Shown here in pieces: positions 56,392 to 63,567 of a stretch of 64,000 nucleotides of DNA; within the stretch, counting starts at the first letter, position 1; each line of letters starts with the position of its first letter. Source of the stretch: Cellvibrionales bacterium (GTDB lineage: Bacteria; Pseudomonadota; Gammaproteobacteria; Pseudomonadales; Halieaceae); NCBI GenBank assembly GCA_043513815.1, contig CP121313.1:4054783-4118782 (forward strand). The letters are read 5' to 3'. Both the position numbers and the translations under genes were made by a program. The notes under the pieces were generated by a model. The model had not been told where the DNA came from. It saw only the letters and a list, made by a program, of their open reading frames with translations, and did not search any database.

Positions 56392-56684
56392 TTTCCATCA
56401 GAGTCTGTTCCGGTCGCATAGGGAACAGGTTGCCTCCGCTCAACGGCGCATGTTGCTGCGCAACATAAACGTTTGCTTCGCCCTACTGCGCCCACCGCTC
56501 CTTGCAGTCGCGCTGGACCTCAGTGGACTATCCCGGCCGGCAATCAAAGACTGCAGTCTCCGAAGAGCCGACAAAAGCTATCGCTCCGCGCGGAATCATT
56601 GCAGGGTGTTCTTGCAAATCACACTATTTTTCATGATCAGCGCCAGATTCTTCCAAGGCTTTTGCCTGCCGCACAGTTTCCTAA

Positions 56685-57017
56685 TTAGAAAGCTCTGGTG
56701 TGCTCCAGCAGGTATGCCTTCAGCATTTCTCTAAAATCTTCGTCGCTTGAGTTCTTTGCCACCAGTTGAAAGCTTTTTCTTGGGAGTTCGTCGCTATGAT
56801 TCGAGTCGTACCTGAGTATCGCTCGCTCGAGCTGCAGTCTGAGCTCTTCATCCAGCTCACCCAGCTTCCCAGGCAAAGCCGCTCCACGCAATTGGACTAC
56901 TTCAGACTGAAGGCGATCTGCCTCTGCGGCCAGAGCCGCTGTATCTTCTATGCGCACGCCTGAAGCAGCTCTGAGTCCCTGTGTCTCTCTTGTGTCTGAT
57001 TGGATACAGCTGACCAA
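56685..57017 (-). CDS. hypothetical protein (possible 3' part of a frameshifted gene)
   Basis: 110-codon ORF with a TTG start in the low-GC region after the tRNA. Coiled-coil-like Leu/Glu/Arg-rich sequence with no recognisable family. Overlaps the next ORF by 70 nt in another frame. Confidence 0.35.
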   Translation of the reverse strand: MVSCIQSDTRETQGLRAASGVRIEDTAALAAEADRLQSEVVQLRGAALPGKLGELDEELRLQLERAILRYDSNHSDELPRKSFQLVAKNSSDEDFREMLKAYLLEHTRAF

Positions 57018-57292
57018 CTTTCCTCGCAGTCATCAATCCAACGAATTAGGTCATTAGATTCATAGGCCACTATGCCATGCGTGTCGCGGAGATACTTCGC
57101 CAGGTCACCGTTCGGCATAATGCGACACGCGCGTCGCAAACCATGAAAGATGGCCCCGGCTGCGCAGTGTGTGGGTAAATATGACTCTGAACCCGATTTA
57201 TTCTTGATCCCCTGATCCCCTGATCCCCTGATCCCCTGATCCGGCCGAACTTCCAGTGACACAGTGTCTGCATCAACGTTTTTACTCGCCAC
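56948..57292 (-). CDS. hypothetical protein (possible 5' part of a frameshifted gene; contains the 8-bp repeat if the GTG start is used)
   Basis: 114-codon ORF from the GTG at 57292. An internal ATG at 57118 (MPNGDLAKYLRDTHGIVAYESNDLIRWIDDCEESW) is an alternative start that would leave the repeat upstream. No family recognised. Confidence 0.3.
   Translation of the reverse strand: MASKNVDADTVSLEVRPDQGIRGSGDQGIKNKSGSESYLPTHCAAGAIFHGLRRACRIMPNGDLAKYLRDTHGIVAYESNDLIRWIDDCEESWSAVSNQTQERHRDSELLQACA
57206..57242. repeat. 8-bp tandem repeat GATCCCCT x4.6, giving five GATC sites spaced exactly 8 bp apart
   Basis: Read directly. GATC begins at 57206, 57214, 57222, 57230 and 57238. Confidence 0.95.
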
Positions 57293-57402
57293 AGGAGGTA
57301 AGCTGGATGTGGTTTACACGGTAAAAACAGTTAGCGGGAATCTTATGTTCTCGGATTAACTGGCCAGCGGCGCTGAATGGAGTGATATCCGGAGCAGTCA
57401 AT

Positions 57403-58011
57403 ATGACCGAGCGCCACGATTGGGACACGATCATCAAAGTTGACGAGGCGCTGTGCATCTCCTGCGGAAATTGCGTCCGAACCTGCCCCGCCGGGCTGAT
57501 CACCAATAAGGATCTTCCTGTCCCGATCGAAAACTCGTGGGACCTGTGCATTGACTGCGCTCATTGCGTTTCCGTATGCCCGACCGGAGCGTTGCACCAG
57601 CGCACCATGGGGCCAGAGGATGGCACACCAATAGATATTCGCTGGGAACGGGTCAGGCAGTTTCTCGGCTCGCGGCGTTCGACGCGTGTCTACGTCAACA
57701 AACCTCTTGAGAAGGAGTGGATCCGGCAAGCCCTGGACCTCACCCACTACGCGCCAAGTGGTGAAAACCGGCAGGGTGATATCCTGCGCTGGGTCGTCAT
57801 CAGTGATCCCGCGCAGGCTTATCCTCCATTAGTCGAACTGCTCGGTCTGCCGGAGGGTACAGTGACTTACGAAACGTATCCTGCTGGGGTACAGCGCCGA
57901 AACATTCCTGCGGATTCCGCACCGGAAACACCCCCAGGTGATCTGGCAATGACTACCGAGACAATATCAGGAGCAAGGCCAGCCCCGCCTCCAGAGCTGC
58001 AGCCTTTTTAA
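57403..58011 (+). CDS. 4Fe-4S dicluster ferredoxin domain fused to an internally deleted nitroreductase domain (probable remnant)
   Basis: There are two CxxCxxCxxxCP motifs (CISCGNCVRTCP, CIDCAHCVSVCP). The nitroreductase N-terminal block follows (RRSTRVY...L..A..APSGENRQ..RWVVISD). It joins directly to the usual C-terminal LLGLPEG motif, so about 100 central residues appear to be missing. Confidence 0.6.
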   Translation: MTERHDWDTIIKVDEALCISCGNCVRTCPAGLITNKDLPVPIENSWDLCIDCAHCVSVCPTGALHQRTMGPEDGTPIDIRWERVRQFLGSRRSTRVYVNKPLEKEWIRQALDLTHYAPSGENRQGDILRWVVISDPAQAYPPLVELLGLPEGTVTYETYPAGVQRRNIPADSAPETPPGDLAMTTETISGARPAPPPELQPF

Positions 58012-58189
58012 ACGCAGTATGCGGCGCATGCAGCCTGACGGTTGCAGAAGACGAATCTCGCGGCGGGATTCGCCGGCCTGGCGAAGTGAACGGCAACGCA
58101 ATCGCCGTCATCAAATGGCAAGTGTGTCGATGGAGTCCGTGATGTAATCGGAGCCTCAGGAACTACTTATGAAAGTGCGGGCAGTGACC

Positions 58190-58978
58190 ATGAAGAAAAA
58201 CCCAGGCATCGAATCACTTGTGTTTGCAGCCTGCCTGCTGGTGCCGGCCGCCGCCGTGCACGCGGAAGAGTGGGAATGGCTGCTGACGCCCTACTTGTGG
58301 GGGATAGAACCCAGCCTGGACGTGACGGTAAACGACGAGATGGATCTCGGCGGCGATGCGGACTTTTCCGATGTGCTGGATAAGCTCGAAATGACAGCGA
58401 TGATTCACTTCCAGGGCATGCGCGGCCGTTTCGGCTTTTTTACGGATCTGGCCTATTTGGAAACCAGCGACCAGAACAGCTCGGCCCGTCGATCGGTACT
58501 TCCTGGCTCCCGGAGTTTGCTGAGAGATACCGACCTGGAGCTTACCCTGTTTGAGGCTGCCGGACTCTACCGGGCGTGGGGAGAAAAAGGCAGTCAAACG
58601 CTGGACCTGATTGTCGGCGTCAGAGGCCTTGACCTGGATTACGATCTTGACGTCGAGTCCTTGCCAAATGGAAACTTCAAGCGCAGCTACACTGTCTCGG
58701 ACACCTACTACGATGGCTTTGTCGGGGTGCATTACATGCTACCCCTGAACGAGAACTGGACAATGTCGCTGCGCGCCGATGCAGGCACCGGCGACACCGA
58801 CTACAGCTGGACTGCCAATGCGCTACTTGAATACCACTTCGGTCGAGATTCGCAGTATGGCGCGTTGGTAGGATACCGCTACCTTGACATGCAGTTTGAT
58901 AACTCCAGTGGCAGCCAGGATATCGAGAGCGATTTAACGGTACAGGGCTTTATGCTCGGCTTTGCGTTTCGATTCTAG
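58190..58978 (+). CDS. small outer-membrane beta-barrel protein
   Basis: Signal peptide (MKKNPGIESLVFAACLLVPAAAVHA). Alternating amphipathic strands with aromatic girdles. The C-terminal ...GFMLGFAFRF ends in Phe, as expected for a BAM substrate. Confidence 0.8.
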   Translation: MKKNPGIESLVFAACLLVPAAAVHAEEWEWLLTPYLWGIEPSLDVTVNDEMDLGGDADFSDVLDKLEMTAMIHFQGMRGRFGFFTDLAYLETSDQNSSARRSVLPGSRSLLRDTDLELTLFEAAGLYRAWGEKGSQTLDLIVGVRGLDLDYDLDVESLPNGNFKRSYTVSDTYYDGFVGVHYMLPLNENWTMSLRADAGTGDTDYSWTANALLEYHFGRDSQYGALVGYRYLDMQFDNSSGSQDIESDLTVQGFMLGFAFRF

Positions 58979-59056
58979 CTGCGGAGAAAATCATTCTGGA
59001 AGAGTACACATCCAAACATCCAAATAATCAAACTAGTGATAGCAGGAGTAAAGACG

Positions 59057-60223
59057 ATGAGTAATACAGAGAAGCAATCAACCACCGTGCCTTTGGACTG
59101 GAAGCAAGTGTGGTTCACGAACTGTCCGATGGTGTCCGCCAACAATGTGGACCAGGAGTTGGGGTGGTGTCGTGAGGAGTTCAAGAAGATTGGCGTCGAT
59201 TATGCCTATTTTCGCTCCGCTCCGGAGAACAACTGGTACCCACACTACATACACAATCTCGACAACCTGATTCGCTTTGGCGGCCTGAACCCGGCGATCC
59301 ACGTGCAGGCCGACATTCGTCGCACCGTGCTGCTGGGGGCGACGTGGGTCTACGAGGGCGGGGTGATGCAGGTGCGAGCCCGCGACAAGATCTTTCGCGT
59401 TACGGATTTGAAGGGCAAGAAGATCGGTATCACCAAGAGCCTCAACACCATGAAAAATGACTGGTGGCGTGTCCAGGAGCATCAGGGTATCGAGAACATG
59501 CTGATGCTGCATGACATGACCATGGATGATATTGAGCTGGTCGAGTTCCCTTACCCGGATGACTGGTACGACAAGCCCGAGATGCTGACTCCGCCGATGA
59601 ACAACCCCTCCGAGTTGTGGATGCGCCGCGACCATAAGCACGATTACGCCTTCCGACCATTGGAGAAGGCCCTGATGGATGGAACCGTTGATGCCATCTA
59701 CAACCAGATGGGACAACTTGGGCAGCTCTCGGAAGCGACTGGTGAAATCAAGTCCATCTTCGACCTGTCCAAATTGCCCGACTGGACGCTACAGGTCGCC
59801 AACACGCCCGCCGTCATCACCTGCACTGACGTGATGGCCAAGGAGCACCCTGAGCTGGTCATTGCCTACATGAAAGCCATGATCAAGGTCGGCCGCTGGG
59901 CCAATGAGCACAAGCACGCTGCAGCGGTGATTCTCAATCGGCAGACCTTCTACCTGGATGCAGAGGCCACCTACGAGGGCATCAAGCAGGTCGATATGGT
60001 GCCAAGCCTGTCGGCGCAGAACCTGGAAACCATCAGGATCGGCAAGGACTTCATGTTCAGTCACGACTACATAAAGAACGATTTTGACGTGGAAGAGTGG
60101 GCGGCTCCGGAGTTCCTGGAGCGGGCCGCTATTGAAGTACTCGAGGAGGAGTGGGAGAGAAGAAGCTGGAGCAAGCTTCCAAAGGGAGGTGGTATCGACG
60201 TGGACGGCACGCGGCTCGGCTAA
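59057..60223 (+). CDS. cytoplasmic DszB-family protein (2'-hydroxybiphenyl-2-sulfinate desulfinase homologue; NMT1/SsuA-like periplasmic-binding-protein fold)
   Basis: 388 aa from the ATG at 59057 with AGGAG 8 nt upstream, and no signal peptide. It is collinear with my recollection of Rhodococcus DszB:
- TNCP against SNCP (Cys27).
- H-x9-RFGG against H60...R70FGG73.
- DLKGKKIGIT against DLAGRRIGVS.
- MDDIELVEF against VDDVELVPI.
- GTVDAIY against GDVDALY.
- EEWAAPEFL against DQWAAPEFL. Confidence 0.8.
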   Translation: MSNTEKQSTTVPLDWKQVWFTNCPMVSANNVDQELGWCREEFKKIGVDYAYFRSAPENNWYPHYIHNLDNLIRFGGLNPAIHVQADIRRTVLLGATWVYEGGVMQVRARDKIFRVTDLKGKKIGITKSLNTMKNDWWRVQEHQGIENMLMLHDMTMDDIELVEFPYPDDWYDKPEMLTPPMNNPSELWMRRDHKHDYAFRPLEKALMDGTVDAIYNQMGQLGQLSEATGEIKSIFDLSKLPDWTLQVANTPAVITCTDVMAKEHPELVIAYMKAMIKVGRWANEHKHAAAVILNRQTFYLDAEATYEGIKQVDMVPSLSAQNLETIRIGKDFMFSHDYIKNDFDVEEWAAPEFLERAAIEVLEEEWERRSWSKLPKGGGIDVDGTRLG

Positions 60224-60326
60224 TCGCAAGTAAGCCTGTGTGGTAAAGGGTTCTCCTCCCACAGCAGGGCACGAAGGCAGGACCTGTATGAAGGAAGGAT
60301 CAGATATGACTGACTAGCACGATAGT

Positions 60327-60812
60327 TTGCCAGCCGCCAAGCAGACGCCGCTGAAGCTTTATGTCACCTCGCAAGAGGCCTACGAACGTTGGCAGGCGGA
60401 CCCGGAGGTGATGATTCTAGATGTTCGCACGCCCGAGGAGTTCCTCTTTGTGGGGCACCCGCCAATGGCCTGGAAGATTCCCATCATTGCCCAGAGCTAC
60501 GAGTGGAACGCCGATGCGGGCACATTCCCCATGCAACTCCTGGCGGATTTTGTCGAGCGGGTGAGTCAGGTGGCGACACCTGAGCGCACTATCCTGGCCA
60601 TGTGCCGCTCCGGCGGGCGCAGTGCCATGGCGGTAAACCTGCTGGCGCAGGCCGGCTTCAAAAACGTGTACAACATAGTGGACGGCATGGAAGGTGACGT
60701 AAACGGTGATTCCGAGAGTGTCGCCCAGAGCCAGCAGCCCGCCAGCGGCTGGAAGAATACAGGGTGCCCCTGGACAAAAAGCCTGACCCCGGAGCAGACG
60801 CTCCTGCCCTGA
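60327..60812 (+). CDS. single-domain rhodanese-like sulfurtransferase
   Basis: 161 aa. ILDVRTPEEF and the active-site loop CRSGGRS. The start is uncertain: a TTG at 60327 comes immediately after an in-frame TAG, and an in-frame ATG lies at 60288 upstream of that stop. Confidence 0.75.
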   Translation: MPAAKQTPLKLYVTSQEAYERWQADPEVMILDVRTPEEFLFVGHPPMAWKIPIIAQSYEWNADAGTFPMQLLADFVERVSQVATPERTILAMCRSGGRSAMAVNLLAQAGFKNVYNIVDGMEGDVNGDSESVAQSQQPASGWKNTGCPWTKSLTPEQTLLP

Positions 60813-60877
60813 ATACACTTGCGTTATGGGGCGCTGCTTGACCGTGCATTTAAAGCCGAAGAATTAGAGGAACTGAC

Positions 60878-62581
60878 ATGAAAGTGGTTATCGTTGGTGG
60901 TGTGGCTGGTGGTGCGTCCTGTGCGGCGCGCCTGAGAAGGCTGGATGAGAACGCCGAAATCATCATGGTGGAAAAAGGGCCCTATGTGTCCTACGCCAAC
61001 TGCGGCTTGCCTTACTATGTCGGCGGCGTGATTGAAAAGGAATCCAGCCTGCTGGTCGCATCGGAGCAGATGTTCAAGAGTGTGTTCGGCATCGATGTGC
61101 GCACCAACTGCGAGGCGATATCCATTTCGGCAGATGCCAAGACTATTGATCTGCGCAATGTCGAAACCGGCGAGACCGCAACGGAATCCTACGACAAGTT
61201 GGTGCTCTCCCCCGGGGCTGCGTCTATTCATCCCCCACTGCCGGGCATCGACCTGCCCGGGATTTTCCAGGTACGCACCGTGCCTGACGTAAGGGCGATA
61301 AAGGAATGGATAGAGGGCGGCACCACCTTCCTCGCCGGCATGTCCAATTACTCAGGTATACAGATGAAGAAGCCTGCCCGGCGAGCCGTGGTGGTGGGCG
61401 GCGGGTTTATCGGCCTGGAAATGGCGGAGAATCTTGTGCACCTGGGGTTTGAGGTCACGGTGCTGCAGCTGCTGCCACAAATCCTGGGCCCCCTGGATCC
61501 GGAAATCGCAGTCATGGTTGAGGAGTACATCAGCGGTAATGGCGTGCAGCTGGAGCTTGGTGACGGCGCTGCTGAATTTGAGCAACTGGAAAACGGCTCG
61601 ATCAACGTCAAGACCAGTTCCGGCAAGACCCACGCCGCGGACGTGGTGATTCTCGCAATCGGGGTGCGTCCGGAAACCGCGCTGGCGAAAACTGCGGGCC
61701 TGGAGATCGGCGAGCGCGGCGGTATCCGGGTGGACGACCAGATGCACACCAGCAATCCGGACATTTTTGCCGTGGGTGATGCCGTCGAGGTGAAGGATTT
61801 CGTGACCGGTGAGTGGAGCCTGGTGGCGCTGGCAGGTCCGGCGAACCGCCAGGGCCGAAGTGCGGCAGATGTGATTGCCGGTCGTGACTCCAGCTTCCGC
61901 GGGAGCCAGGGCACGGCGATTATCGGCCTTTTCGGCGGTGCAGTTGCCTGGACAGGTGTGAGTGAAACGACCCTGGAAAGGCTGGGTGATACCGACTACG
62001 AAAGAGTGTATCTCTACCCCAACTCCCACGCCGGCTACTACCCCGGGGCGAAGATGATCGGCCTGAAAGTCCTGTTCCGCAAGTCAGATGGCAAGGTGCT
62101 GGGTGCCCAGGCACTGGGCGAGGATGGCCCTGCGGTGGACAAGCGCATCAGTGCCCTGGCCATGGCAATCCAGATGGGTGCGACAATCTACGACCTGGAG
62201 GAAGCGGAGCTGTGCTATGCGCCGCAATTCGGCAGCGCCAAGGACCCCGTGAACTTCGCGGGCATGGTCGCGGCGAATATCATGGAAGACGGGATGGCGG
62301 TCAGCCACTGGGACGAATTGGAAGGCGCCTTCCTGCTGGATGTGCGCCAGCCGGTGGAACTTGTGATAGAGAGCGTACCCGGCGCAGTCAATATACCGAT
62401 CGGTCAACTGCGCTCGCGTATGGAGGAACTGCCAAAGGATAAGGAGATTCACCTTATCTGCCGCTCCGCCCAGCGCGCCTATTACGCTCAGCGGATGCTC
62501 GCGCAACATGGCTTCAAGGTGCGCACCCTCTCTGGAGGCATCCTCTCCAGGGCCATGCATGTTTCGGAACAGATGAAATGA
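60878..62581 (+). CDS. CoA-disulfide reductase-family flavoprotein with a C-terminal rhodanese domain (CoADR-RHD / persulfide-reductase type)
   Basis: 567 aa. FAD motif VVIVGGVAGGAS, the single redox Cys in SYANCGLPYY, the NAD(P)H motif VVVGGGFIGLE, and a C-terminal rhodanese with CRSAQRA. Confidence 0.9.
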   Translation: MKVVIVGGVAGGASCAARLRRLDENAEIIMVEKGPYVSYANCGLPYYVGGVIEKESSLLVASEQMFKSVFGIDVRTNCEAISISADAKTIDLRNVETGETATESYDKLVLSPGAASIHPPLPGIDLPGIFQVRTVPDVRAIKEWIEGGTTFLAGMSNYSGIQMKKPARRAVVVGGGFIGLEMAENLVHLGFEVTVLQLLPQILGPLDPEIAVMVEEYISGNGVQLELGDGAAEFEQLENGSINVKTSSGKTHAADVVILAIGVRPETALAKTAGLEIGERGGIRVDDQMHTSNPDIFAVGDAVEVKDFVTGEWSLVALAGPANRQGRSAADVIAGRDSSFRGSQGTAIIGLFGGAVAWTGVSETTLERLGDTDYERVYLYPNSHAGYYPGAKMIGLKVLFRKSDGKVLGAQALGEDGPAVDKRISALAMAIQMGATIYDLEEAELCYAPQFGSAKDPVNFAGMVAANIMEDGMAVSHWDELEGAFLLDVRQPVELVIESVPGAVNIPIGQLRSRMEELPKDKEIHLICRSAQRAYYAQRMLAQHGFKVRTLSGGILSRAMHVSEQMK

Positions 62582-62633
62582 ACAAGTCTCTGCAAATCGT
62601 GACCTTGTTGTTCAAGGTATGTCGGTCTAGTCC

Positions 62634-63512
62634 GTGAGTGCTGTAATGGAGTTTCTTCAGAGCACGTTTTCGCCCCTGGTGTTGGTTTTTACCGTATCCA
62701 ACCTCGCCGCCATGGGACTGCAGGTAAGCCTGCCCGAAGTCATGGAGGCGATGAAAAACAGGGTCGCCATTGTGCTTATCTTTGTTTGGGGCTGGATCCT
62801 TGGGCCGGCCATCGGGTACCTGATAACCCTGCTGCTTCCACTCGAGGAGCCCTATAAGATTGTGATCCTGCTCGCCAGTCTTGCACCCTGTGCTCCGTTC
62901 CTTCAGCAGATGGTAGGAAAAGCCAGTGGGGATATCAGTTTTGCCGGGGCTCTCATACCACTGGTTGCCGTCGGTACGGTGATCCTGATGCCGGTAATGG
63001 CTCCCTTTTTGATCAAGGGGCTGACTATCAATGCCGTGGCGCTGGCAAAACCGCTGCTTTTGACCATACTCCTGCCCCTGCTGATTGGCGCGGCGATACG
63101 GCACTACTATGGGAACACGGCGACTCGTGTTTACCCTGCTGTGAAAGTCCTGGCAAAACTCTCGACCTTACTCACGGTCCTGTGGTGCCTGATTCTATTC
63201 GGCAAGGGCATGCTCAATACGGCTGGAGAGCTCGCTCTCATGGCCATGACCGTATTCATGGTCGGCATGGCTCTGTTTACCTACCTGATAGGCTTTGGGA
63301 TTCGCCAGAACCAGCGCAGTGTCATGGCGCTGGGTATGGGTACGCGCAATGTCGCCGCCGTGTTGGCGGCGGCTCTCGCCATTCCAAACGCGGACCCGCG
63401 CATATTGGTGATGACCGTCATGTGGACTTTGTGGTCCGTCGTTCTCGCCGCCATAGGGGCCTGGGTCTTTGCACGGCAAGCCGGAAAATCGACTGCAACT
63501 ACCACCTCATAA
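62634..63512 (+). CDS. bile acid:sodium symporter (BASS/SBF-like) family permease
   Basis: About 290 aa with 9-10 predicted TM segments and an internal two-fold pattern typical of BASS proteins. Start is the GTG at 62634 or the ATG at 62646. Confidence 0.82.
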   Translation: MSAVMEFLQSTFSPLVLVFTVSNLAAMGLQVSLPEVMEAMKNRVAIVLIFVWGWILGPAIGYLITLLLPLEEPYKIVILLASLAPCAPFLQQMVGKASGDISFAGALIPLVAVGTVILMPVMAPFLIKGLTINAVALAKPLLLTILLPLLIGAAIRHYYGNTATRVYPAVKVLAKLSTLLTVLWCLILFGKGMLNTAGELALMAMTVFMVGMALFTYLIGFGIRQNQRSVMALGMGTRNVAAVLAAALAIPNADPRILVMTVMWTLWSVVLAAIGAWVFARQAGKSTATTTS

Positions 63513-63567
63513 GCACCGGGCCGTTCGCGACCAGGCCTGACCTTAGGATTGCTTGCCGGAGCCACCT

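Noticed and set aside
56450-56734. Plus-strand ORFs (94 and 71 aa) in the spacer after the tRNA.
   Set aside because: They have no Shine-Dalgarno, odd composition and no recognisable motifs, and they overlap each other in different frames. They are more likely non-coding spacer.
55851-57242. Asked whether the tandem repeats at 55851-55922 and 57206-57242 could be CRISPR arrays.
   Set aside because: The units are 24 and 8 bp and directly abut one another with no unique spacers. No cas genes are present anywhere in the window.
56392-58189. Looked for an integrase, transposase, or att-site duplicate next to the tRNA in order to call a mobile element.
   Set aside because: No ORF on either strand shows tyrosine- or serine-recombinase or DDE motifs, and I could not find a copy of the tRNA 3' end in the window. 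The region is therefore reported only as a compositional and accessory anomaly, not as a mobile_element feature.
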